A DNA stretch of 63,727 nucleotides, counting the filler, from Hyphochytrium catenoides (Eukaryota > Protista > Hyphochytriomycota): NCBI GenBank assembly GCA_900088475.1. It is 10 parts of 10 records of this genome, joined end to end, with 100 filler letters (N's around TTAATTAATTAA, not from the genome) between each part and the next. Parts side by side here need not be neighbours in the genome. Positions count along the whole stretch, not along the records: positions 6,741 to 15,185 come from FLMG01004299.1; positions 15,286 to 16,674 come from FLMG01003559.1; positions 16,775 to 25,204 come from FLMG01003962.1; 7 more parts are not named here. One strand, written 5' to 3'. Position numbers and translations under genes: made by a program. Position 1 is the first letter of the stretch. Every line of letters begins with the position of its first letter. Positions 11,374 through 21,870 of this stretch are shown in pieces. The notes under the pieces are model-generated. The model was not told the origin of the DNA. It was given only the letters and a program-made list of their open reading frames with translations, and searched no databases.

Positions 11374-13741
11374 TTATCCCTTGGGAACGATCCTCATCAC
11401 GAAGAAGGTAAAGAGAAAGAGAGAGACGACGAGAAGAGTGAGAAGGATTGTCTTCCAAAGGCCTATCCCCGCGCCCATGGCCACATTCAGTCTTCCCTGC
11501 TGCACTGCAACCTTGCCCCGGTTACTCTCCACCAACTCCGCAGCTTGGTCTAAGACCTGAGAGGAGAGAGAGAGAGAGAGTGGACATGGGAGAGAGAGAG
11601 AGAAGGAGAGCGTGACACCCAGTGGAGGAGAGAGCAGGAAATGCGAGAGAGAGAGCCGTAAGGTTATCTTTCTTTCTAAAACATTCTCTCACTGAAGGAC
11701 ACCATCCTCTCGTCTGCTAGGCTGACTTCTCAGTTCATGTTCTTCATCCCTCAATTCTCTCTCTCTCTCTCTCTCTCCCTCTCTCTCCCCCCTTCTCTCT
11801 GTCCCTCTCACTCTCTTTCCTCCTTCCTTCCTCTTTACGTACCCTGTTATCGGCCTGCAGCCTGGAGGTTAATCCTCGTGTTCCAGCAAGTAGCGCCTTG
11901 GTCATCTCTTTCATCTCATCCTTGAGCTTCTCTTGCTGTCTCTTCTCCAGCGCCAACAGCTTCTCTTCCATCGTCTCTCCGCCTTCTCTCTCTCTTCTTC
12001 CCGAGCTTTCCGTCTCTCCCAGGGAGAGGCTGCATGGGAAGAAGAAGGGAGAGAGAGAGAGAGAAAGAGAGAGAAAGAGAGAGATGGAGGGGGAGAGGGG
12101 CGGATGGAGAAGCAAGCGGAGGGTAGGAGAGAGAGAGAAAGAGAGAGAATGAAGAAGGAGGAGACATTAAGGAGGGAGCACGAGAGATCAGAAGAGAATA
12201 AAGGAGAATAAAGGCTGAATTTGGGAAGAAAGACAGAAGACGACGACATTGGACTTGGAGGGAAAGAGAGAAAAGAGAAGCGATACCGAGAGAGAGCGAG
12301 AGGGAGAGAGGGAGAGAAAGAGATGGATTGGTCTGGCAAGATAACCAACGGAGAGGGAGAATCAGAGAAGAGAGAGAGGAGAGGAGCGCGAGAGAGAGGA
12401 GAGGAGCGAGAGAGAGAGAAAGAGAGAGAGAGAGACTCCTACCCTAATCTTCTTCTGATGTCGCTGGAGGTGAGTTTGGTCCTCACGGAGCGAGCGACCT
12501 CGAATGTCTTCCCTTCACCAAAATCCGAGGGAGAGAAAGCTTCCTCCTTCTCTTTCTAGGTGGATGGATGCGAAGGGAAGCCAGAAAGAGAGGAGACAAG
12601 AGACGAAGCAAAGGAGAGAGAGAGAGAAAGTGAGAAAGAGAGAGAGGATGCAGAGCGAAGAGAGAGAATGTTTCGACAGACCCCACCAAAGGACTTCAAG
12701 CTAAAAGGTAGGGAGAGGAGACAATCGAGAAAGAGAAGGAGAGAGACGGAAGAACAACAAGAAAGAGAGACAATCAGAGAGAGACACACACAATCATATA
12801 GACAGAGACCCGACAGATAGACGGGGGGAAGAGAGAGAAAGAGAGTAGGTGACCGTCCTTTGCTTACTTCTTCTATAGCTTCTCCTTCAACATGTTGTTC
12901 TCCTTCTTCCTTCTTTTCCTCGTCTTTCTCCTCTCTCAGTTTGGAGCTTCGTCTCTCTGTCCTCGCCTGCTCCTGCAGCTCTCTCCTGGTGGGGAAGTGG
13001 AATTCTTTGGTTGCGATGGAGGTGGGAGAGAGAGAGAGAGAAGAAGACAGATCATTCTTCATCGTGTCATCCTGCAAGGAAAAAAGAAGTCAGAAAAGAG
13101 AGAGAGAAAGAGAAATAGAGAGACAGCTCTAGGAGGAACGTCAATAAAGATACCACAAGAGGGACCAAACCAAAGAGAGAGAGAAAGAGAGACAGAGAGA
13201 CACAAAGGGGGAGAGAGAGAGAAAGAGAGAGAGAGAATGAATGACCTTGCTTCTAAACTCCATGAGCTGGTTGATCCTCTTCGAATAAAGCTTCAACTCC
13301 TCCAAAGCAGAGTTTCTTTTCTGCAGGATATCAACACGAGGATGAGGGAGAGACAATACAAGGAGAGAGAGAGAAAGCAAACTAGGTTACTTATATAGAA
13401 ATAGAGAAGAAAGAGAGAGAGAGAGAGAGACAAGGAGAGAGAGCAAAGGAGAGAAAAGGTTGACGATACACTTTAAAGGGAAGCAAGGTAAGACACAGAG
13501 AGGGAAGAGATAGAGAGAGGGAGTAGGATGAGAGAGATTAGAAAGAGGTTCCGGGTCACAAAGAGCGATGGCAAGAGAGAAAGAGAGATAAGATAGAAGA
13601 GGAGAGTCTGTCTTTCCTCGTCATCTTCTCCTGTTTCTCCTCTGTGCACTTGCAGAGCTTCTTCTGCTTGGAGCTGCTGCAGTTGTACATGCAGATGCGA
13701 CACGTACTAAGGAGGTAGGGAGATGAAGGAAGAGAGAGAGC

Positions 13742-13772
<31 letters not shown>

Positions 13773-14319
13773 AGGAGTGGAAAGAGGCCAGTAAGAGGAC
13801 GAGAGAGAGAGAAGAGAGAGGAAGAGGAAGAAGAGAATTGAACCAGGGAGAGGGATATGTAGGCGGTATATACGGGAGGAAAGAGAGCGAAGGAAGGAGA
13901 GACAAGAAAGGACGGTCAGAATGTGACAGAAAAGACCAAAAGTTCGGGAGAGAAAGTCAACACTCCTTGCCGCAGAATAGAGAGAAGGAAGAAGACGATA
14001 AAGAGAGCAGAAAGAGAGAGAGAGAGAGAGAGAGAGAAAGAGGCAAAGAGAGAGGGAAGAGCGAGGTTTTGGGACTATCTGGAGAAGGACAAAGTCGTAG
14101 AAGGAGGGGAGGGAGGGAGTAGCTTAGGCGAAAGGAGAAAATAAACTCTAAAGAAAAGAGAGAGAAAGACAGAGAGAAAGAGAGGTGGCATAAGGAGAGA
14201 GGGAAAACATAAACAGAGAGAGAGAGAGAGAACAAGAAAGGGCAATTGGCCGGCGGGAACAAACAGGGGATTTATATGAAAGCGAGGGAAAACGATCCAT
14301 GCGACAGGGTAGCGGATGA

Positions 14320-14369
<50 letters not shown>

Positions 14370-14710
14370 AAGAGAGAGAGAGAGGGAGAGCGAGAGACAG
14401 CGTGCGCGCGCGCGAGAGAGAGAGACCAGAAGCCGCCTCCCCTTCCAACTCTAAACCCTCGTCTCCCCTTCCTTCCCACCTGCTGAAATCTCCGACGATC
14501 TTCAGAATCTTCAAAATAAACTTGTCTGGAGCTTCGAATGTCATTGCCATCGCGGATGCGCAGCACATCTTCCACTGTCTTTATGTTAGCGATGAGGTTG
14601 TTGTCCAGGCCGCTCTCTCCTCTCCAGCTCCGCTGTGCCGCCAGCACCAGGAGACGCTCCGTGGAGAAGAGAAGACGACGGAAGCTGATGAGCTCTTTAG
14701 AGCGCGCCAT
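11374..14710 (-). CDS. USE1: ER Qc-SNARE USE1-like protein (multi-exon, C-terminal transmembrane anchor)
   Basis: N-terminal ELISFRRLL, LKLYSKRINQL, SNARE helix QQEKLKDEMKEMTKALLAGTRGLTSRLQADNR-VLDQAAELVESN, then TM LWKTILLTLLVVSLFLFTFFVMRIVPKG*. Internal exon borders are approximate. Confidence 0.78.
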
Positions 14711-14814
14711 CGGGGCCGAGAGAGAGAGAGGGCGAGAGAGAGAGAGAGAGAGAAAGAAAGAAAAAGAGAGAGAGAAGCTGGGAGAAGGAGGAGCACAGAG
14801 ATGGAAGATACCGC

Positions 14815-14865
<51 letters not shown>

Positions 14866-15285
14866 GCCCGTCACATCCCTGGCATTGCAGGGCTAGGGGC
14901 ACGCAGATGAGGGTGACTGGAAGGAGAGAGAGAGAGAGGTTCTTATTCGAGGAATGAGGAAGACTTGCGCCAATTGGAACAGGTGGGGAAATAAAGAAGG
15001 CAGGAAGACTGTGATGAGGAGGACCAGGGAGAGAGACCAGAGTCAGAGAAAGAGGAATGAGAAGGAGAGAGTGAGGGAAAGAGCAAATGAGAGAGAGGGA
15101 GAGAGAGAGAGAGAGAGAGAGAAAGAGGGATGAGAAGGAGAGAGTGAGAAAAAGAGCAAATGAGAGAGAGAGAGAGAGAGAGAGANNNNNNNNNNNNNNN
15201 NNNNNNNNNNNNNNNNNNNNNNNNNNNNNTTAATTAATTAANNNNNNNNNNNNNNNNNNNNNNNNNNNNNNNNNNNNNNNNNNNN

Positions 15286-16532
15286 TGGCTTTCGAATGGT
15301 CTCAGATGCAGAAAAGAGCGGGAGGATCAAGCCAGGAGACACGCTGATCGAGCCAACCTCAGGGAACACAGGTAACAGCATGCTTACCTTCGGAAAGCTC
15401 GAGGTAGTCTCTCAATAGGGCTCTCTATCCAGGCATCGGTTTGGCCCTGGCCGCCGCGATAAAGGGTTATCGTATGATTATCACGCTGCCTGAGAAGATG
15501 AGTCAGGAGAAGGTGAGCCTCTCTGTGGGAGGTGGTGGACTCACCGAGCACTCAAGCGAGTCAACACAGGTAGACGTTTTGAAGGCCCTCGGAGCTGAGA
15601 TCATTAGGACGCCCACAGAAGCAGCGTGGGACTCGCCCGAAAGCCACATTGGAGTGGCTAAGCGCCTGAATGAAGAGATACCGAATTCTCACATCCTAGA
15701 CCAGGTATGCACTTTATCGGCTTCCGAATCCTTTTGGACCGAGGCATGGTCCTTCTCTTGATCGCCTGCTCACATCTCACTTGGACGATGGCCATTTGCA
15801 GTATTCGAACCCTTCAAATCCACTGGCGCACTACGACCAGACGGCAGAGGAGATCCTGGATGCTTGTGACGGGCGGTTAGATATGGCGGTCATCAGGTGA
15901 CGAGTAGAACCTCTCTTTCCAGTTGCTAATGCCTCTAAGTTTTGATGTTCAGTGCTGGAACGGGAGGTACAATTACTGGCATAGCGCGGAAACTAAAAGA
16001 GCGCTTGCCTAACGTCACGATCGTCGGGGTTGATCCGAAGGGTTCTATCCTTGCTGAGCCCGAGGCGCTGAACCAGGAGGACCGGCTGGAGCCGTACAAG
16101 GTGGACTCCGGCAATTCGCTGACGGTTAAGCTTAACTCTCACGCCGTATCACGCAGGTGGAAGGCATTGGGTATGATTTTATTCCCGCGGTGCTAGACCG
16201 GTCAATAGTTGACCGATGGATCAAAACCGAAGACAAAGAATCCTTTATCATGGCAAGGCGGCTGATCAGAGAGGAAGGGCTTCTTTGTGGTTGGCGATTT
16301 ACGGCTCTGATGACGTTCCTGGCCTGTCGATTCTGACCTCTTTGGCTTCCAGGTGGCTCCTCCGGCTCCGCTATGGTAGCTGCGGTCCGCGCCTGTGCCG
16401 AGCTCAAGCCCGGCCAGCGGTGCGTGGTGATTCTACCGGACTCTACCCGGAACTATATGTCGAAGTTCCTGAATGATGCGTGGATGGTCGACAACGCGTT
16501 TGTCCAGAGCAAGACACACTCAGCAGACAATT
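15286..16532 (+). CDS. CBS: Cystathionine beta-synthase, internal fragment with short introns
   Basis: [92 protein letters not shown]; GT-AG introns of roughly 55-100 nt. Confidence 0.95.
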
Positions 16533-16774
16533 GTAAGCTTATAAGACTGAATTGTTGCGAGGGGGGAGGGGGAGACTCTCCTTTCCTTGAGAGTGCTAGG
16601 TCTCTCTTTCTTAGGCTCGGTTGCCTTTTTCAAAGCTTCTATTGCTCATATGCTCTTGCAGACCAGAAATTTAANNNNNNNNNNNNNNNNNNNNNNNNNN
16701 NNNNNNNNNNNNNNNNNNTTAATTAATTAANNNNNNNNNNNNNNNNNNNNNNNNNNNNNNNNNNNNNNNNNNNN

Positions 16775-17294
16775 GATCTGACTAGGCTTTGGGCTACTTC
16801 TGGCATCGGCTGTTGCGCAACCGGCCCCACTCGAGTCATTCTAGGATGGCGTTGACACATACTAAGTAAGATACACTGAGGACGACGATACCTTCAGACA
16901 AACAGACAGACAACGAGAGCGACACAAGGAGGAGAGATGAGCTACGCTTCCGAGAGAAAAAAAAAATAAAAATAGGTGGACACAGAGAGAGAAGGCTGGA
17001 TCGCTACTGCCTTGTCGACGCTAGATGGGGCAGACGGGGAAAACGGACACGAATTTTCAAAGGCAAAAATGCCAACGACGACGCAGTGGGGAAGCTTCTG
17101 TTAGGATTGCCTGTTACCTGGACCCAATCCTCTATCACAAGCTTTGGGAGAACCGCGTCAATAATGGCGAGGCCGTCCTGCTCCTCATTTGCTGACACCT
17201 CATCTCCTACAAGGACCCATTCCTCAGAGCTCTCACCTCCGCCAGTTGTTGCACCCTTTATTTTGCTACGAGAGTCTTCCGCGTGGGACATCAT
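16775..17294 (-). CDS. Possible 5' end of an unknown protein (exon 17294-17118; probable further exon running into the gap)
   Basis: MMSHAEDSRSKIKGATTGGGESSEEWVLVGDEVSANEEQDGLAIIDAVLPKLVIEDWVQ ends at CAG|GTAACA; the sequence is protein-like, with no family recognised. Confidence 0.4.
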
Positions 17295-18301
17295 CCTTAG
17301 AGAGTGGGATAGCGAGCCCGTTGGTGATAGGCTAGCAAAGGATGGGGCAATTGGAGGGGCAAGTGGCAGATATTTCGACGAAGGTTGCAGATTCTCCGGA
17401 TCCGCCTGAATAACGACTAAGTTGTCTAAGGGATTGTGCCGTAGCGATAGGCTAGAGAGCGCTTGGAGAAAGGGACACCGACGCCAGCTAGGCAGACAGA
17501 TTGTAGAGGGCGAGGGCGACAGGGACAAGCGCCGCCGAGAGCAAGACAGTAGGTCGACAAAGCCTACGGACGCCGGGGATGAGCCTTTCCAGCAGACAAG
17601 GGAAGACGAGAGACACAATTTGATGTCGGCAGTGGCTATAAAACTAAGATCAACAAAAGAACCGAGCGTTGGCGAAGTAAAGAGCCAACTAATATCCGTT
17701 GTTCCCCGTCTGTTGAGCTCCGAGCAAGCTGTCCTTCCGTGTCCCGATGACAAGTCTCTTCCCAATCTTCAACTGCAGATGCCGACCGACATTTTATAAA
17801 CGCGACTTCGAAAAGAAATGAACCAAAGTCGTTCTTTTCGGTTTTTTAATTTCGTACCGTCAGTGCTAGTGCACTGTTCTTTGCTTACCTCTACCGTTTA
17901 GAATCCGATGGGTTGAGGAGGCTTAAGATTGGACTCTGTCTCGACTTTATTTCCTCGTACGTGAACTTTGGGTCTAGGACACCGTTACACAAGCTTGTAC
18001 ACTCTGTAATGTAGTTTGTTAAGAGTTGTAGCTCTCATTGTGTTGGTTCTTTATCTGCAGCACTTCTTTTTTTATCTTTTTTATCTCGCGCTCCCATTGT
18101 CTCCCCTCTCTTCGGCTACAGTTCTACTCTCTGTCTCTGTCTTTCTCCGGTCTCTGTCTCTGTCTTTCTCCGGTCTCTGTCTCTGTCTCTCTCTCTGTAT
18201 TTATATTGTTGACGTGCCATTCGCAGATTCTTCGAGCTTTAGAAAGCTAGGATAGCGCGATCCGTCAGGAAAGGGCATTGCGATGCTGAAGGCCATCGCG
18301 T

Positions 18302-18557
18302 GTGTGCGCGGAGTGTAGAGATTGTGCCATAAGTATCTTCTTCATGTCCCGGCGCGAACTGTGTGGCAAGCAAGTTGTTGGAGAATACGTCGTACGCTGA
18401 AGATAGCGACGACTATCCGTCCGCAAGCAAGTCCCTCATCACAGACCCCTCGAAGCGTACGACGTATGCTTCTCCACCAGCCTGCTGGTCACACAGTCCC
18501 CGGCGGGACATGAAGATACCTTTCAAAAGATGGCACAAGTCTACACCCCACTCACAC
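18302..18557. repeat. Imperfect inverted repeat (arms ~18302-18398 and ~18454-18557)
   Basis: The reverse complement of the right arm aligns with the left arm (ttcatgtcccg / cgggacatgaa; tacgtcgtacgct / agcgtacgacgta). Confidence 0.9.
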
Positions 18558-18705
18558 TAAGCTTCTTATGTCCTTAATCTTGGCATCGCAATAGTGTGCA
18601 GCACGATTGCCCCCTGTCGAGAAGAGACTGTGGGAGCGGATGTGAGCATATGGTGGCTGCATGGGTGAAGGTTTCTGGCCTAGTGCATTGTCGTGCCACC
18701 GATGT

Positions 18706-20670
18706 TGAGAGACAGGCACTGGCTTCTCTAAGTCGAGGAAAGCGCCCACTCATGGTCTCGACGACAGCGCATGCTTTCTAAAGACGGAGGCACCGATGCT
18801 CATATAGACGGTATGTCCTTGTGTTTGTGCGCTATTAGCAGCTATTCTTTGCTGGGCAAACAAAGGCTGGGAACGGACGCACGGTAGCTGCTTAAAGTCA
18901 CCCGCGAAGAGTATGTGATGGCCGGCAAAGAGTCTTTCAGAAGCGCATGCGAAGGTTCTAGTTGCTTCCTCAAAGTATCCCAAGAGTTGAGCTGGCACTA
19001 TTGATATGTCATCAATAATGTGCAGCACAATTTCCGCTTGCTGTTGCTTTTGAGAGACTGTGCGAGCGGATGTGACCATGTGTGGCTGCATGGGTGAAGA
19101 TTCCTGGCCGAGTGCATTGTCGTGCCACCGATGTTGAGCACAGCGGTGGTTAGATATGCAGTTGCTTCTACGGCCTGGGCTCTTCCCATCTTTCTGCTAG
19201 AGCCTTACGGATAGCCGTTGACTTTCCTCTGCAGGGCCCTCCTCCAAGAAAAAATTATCGCCTGCTTGTCGAGAGGCGCGTGCTACTGCTGAGGGAGTGC
19301 TTGGTCTGCTTCCTCCTTATGTCCAGGTAGGGTCACAAAGAAACCGATACATGAGAGGTTTGCCTATGAAAACTATCGCTCGATGCTGCGTCTCGTCGGC
19401 ACGGAAAGCCTCCTGGGAGCTCTGCGGATAGTCGCACAGAGAGGGGAAGAGTCTCTGGATCTTGAGGTGGGGTGTCCGGTGACATTTGCCCTGCTGACGT
19501 TGACGCTGTTGACTGTTCACTTGTCACCATTCGAGATATTATTCATTAGTTCTTGGTGGTGTGAAGGTCGGAGCAGCAGCGTGTGTGAGCAGGGTAGTAT
19601 AGAATTGTGCCATTTTTGGAAAAAGGTATCTTTATTACGCTGAAGAGAGCATCTACAACGATCCGTCCGCAAGCAAGCCCCTCACATACCCCTCGAAGCG
19701 TACAACGTATTCTCCAACAACCTGCTGGCCACACAGTTTCGGCCGGGACATGAAGATACCTTTAAAAAAATGGCATAATTCTACACCCTCCCGCTCACAC
19801 ACGCTGCTCCAACCTTCATCACCACCAAGAACAAATGAATAATATCTCGAATAGAAGTGAACAATCAACAGCGTCAACGCCAGCATGCCGCAATACGTCC
19901 TACGCGCCTTAATGGAGTTCGCTATCTACAGCAGCCAGCACCATGGCAAATGCCGCCAGACACTCCACCTCAAGATCCAGAGACTCGTCCTCTATATGCG
20001 GCTATCTCACAGATCTCCCAGGGGTTTCCGTGCCGACGACACGCAGCATTGAGCGATAGTTTTCATAGGCAAACCTCTCATGTATCGGTCTCTATGTGAC
20101 CCTGGACATAAGGAGGAAGCAGACCAAGCACTCACTCAGCAGCAGCACGCGCCTCTCAACAAGCAGGCTATAATGTTTCTTGGGGGAGGGCTTGGTTGGC
20201 AGAGGCGAGTCAGCCGGTATTCACGCATTAAAGGCTCTAGCAGAATGATGGGGAAGACCCCAAGCCGTAGAAGCAAGTGCATATCTAACCACCGCTGCGC
20301 TCGAGATCGGTGGCACGACAATGCACTCGGCCAGAAACCTTCACCCATGCAGCCACCACATGCTCACATTTGCTCCCACATTCTCTCAAAGCCAACAGGA
20401 AGAAGCAGCCATCGTGCTGCACATTATTGATGAGATATCAATAGTGCCAGCTCAACTCTTGGGAAACTTTGAGGAAGCAAGTAGAACCTTTGCATGCGCT
20501 TCTGACAGACTCTTTGCCGGACATCACATACTCTTCGCGGGTTACTTTTAGCAACTACCGTGCGTCCGTTAGCATCGTGCCTCCGTCTTCTTAGAAGAAA
20601 ACATGCGCGGTCGTGGTGACCCTGAGTGGGCGCTTCCTCGAGTTAGAGAAGCCACCAGTGCCTCTCTCTC
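18706..20670. repeat. Large imperfect palindrome (arms ~18706-19632 and ~19753-20670)
   Basis: Collinear reverse-complement matches along about 0.9 kb, e.g. ttcgagatattattcatt / aatgaataatatctcgaa, tggatcttgaggtgg / ccacctcaagatcca, caagagttgagctggcactattgatat / atatcaatagtgccagctcaactcttg. Confidence 0.93.
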
Positions 20671-20671
20671 A

Positions 20672-21870
20672 GCAACACTGAGATATATCAACGCGACACG
20701 AATCCAGTTACCTTAGGATAGCGCGCCAAGATTCATTCTTCCAATTGCTATTACCCTCCACAAGGTATCCCTTGCATATTTCGTTGAAAATAGCCGCTCA
20801 TTCGTGTCTGCCCTAGGTCGTTGCGCAGTCAACTTCCAGTTAACAGCTTTGTTATTCTACAATTGCCACCAGCCAAGAAGCCCACTGTCTATCAATGGGA
20901 CGCGGAGATAACGTCAAGAGAAGACTATCCCATCATCAGCTCACTTCGCCATCTTCCAGACTACGTTACTGGGAGAGTCTGCATGTCACTCGAGACCTAC
21001 TCAGGTAAACTCTATACTGCCCATATGCATTGCCCCTTGCATTCACAAAGCGAGAAGGCGTGCACATCCAAATAGTACCAAACATTTTCTGGGGCGCTCG
21101 GTGTGGGCAACGGAGACAAAGTGTAGCTTGTGGAAGTACGGGGTTGTGGTCTTACTTCTATTATGTGTTTTGCTGGAGGTACGAGAAGATAGCCACTCGG
21201 AAGTCCAGGGTAGTGGGGTTGTTCTGCTCTTGATTCGCAGGGTTTGATAGGACATAGTCTGCCACCTTTCACCAAGAGCGACCTTCCACCAAGGGCGAGA
21301 ACTAGCCCCAAGCCACACAGTGCAGCAGCTACGGAAGGTGGTGCCAGACTATATTCTGATCAAACTCTGCGAACCAAGAGCAGAACAACCCCACTACCCT
21401 GGACTTCCGAGTGGCTATCTGCTCCTACCTCCAGCAAAACAGAAGATAGAAATAAAGTCACAACCCCCGCCATAGCGCCTTCCGCATAAGTGTCTTCCAG
21501 CATGTTATCAGACCGGCCTTCGCTCTCACACCTGAGAACTTACAGGGAGGCACATACGTCGGTGTCGTCGGAGATGATGCAGTCTCTCCCAGTAACGTAG
21601 TCGAGAAGATGGCGGAGTGAGCTAATGTGATAGGCTGCTCTTGACCTTATCTCCGCGTCCCACTGATAGGCAGTAGGTCTCCTGGTCTGCTGGCAGTTGT
21701 TGAATGACGAAGCGTGTTACCTGGACGATGACTGCACAACGCACCTAGGGGAAACATGAATTAGGGGTTAGATGCTAGCGATAGTATGTTGAGGGTGATA
21801 GCGATGGGAATATATTTTGAGACGCCCTGAGGAAGTGGATCCGTCTCGCGTTAAGATATCATAGATGTTG
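20672..21870. repeat. Imperfect palindrome centred ~21300 (inner arms ~21139-21270 and ~21333-21468; outer arms ~20672-21007 and ~21530-21870)
   Basis: Perfect 46-bp stem 21187-21232 vs 21375-21420; outer matches gactacgttactgggagag / ctctcccagtaacgtagtc and tgggacgcggagataa / ttatctccgcgtccca. Confidence 0.93.

Larger units (their letters stand above)
18590..21870. mobile_element. Decayed PIF1-family helicase fragments (Helitron-type) on both strands
   Basis: Minus copy: FLGGGPCRGKSTAIRKAL (Walker A), AYLTTAVLNIGGTTMHSA, LHIIDDISIV, LFAGHHILFAGDFKQLPCV. Plus copy: LHIIDEISIV, LEENMRGRGDPEW, LGVGNGDKV*LVEV, VPDYILIKL...PGLPSGYLLLPP. Many stops and frameshifts; no Rep domain or termini seen. 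Confidence 0.85.

Noticed and set aside
21758-21772. TTAGGGGTTAG as a telomeric repeat
   Set aside because: A single degenerate occurrence inside a palindrome arm.
18302-21870. Palindromes as amplification (MDA) fold-back chimeras
   Set aside because: Such chimeras give near-identical arms; these arms differ by many substitutions and indels. Long-read confirmation is still needed.
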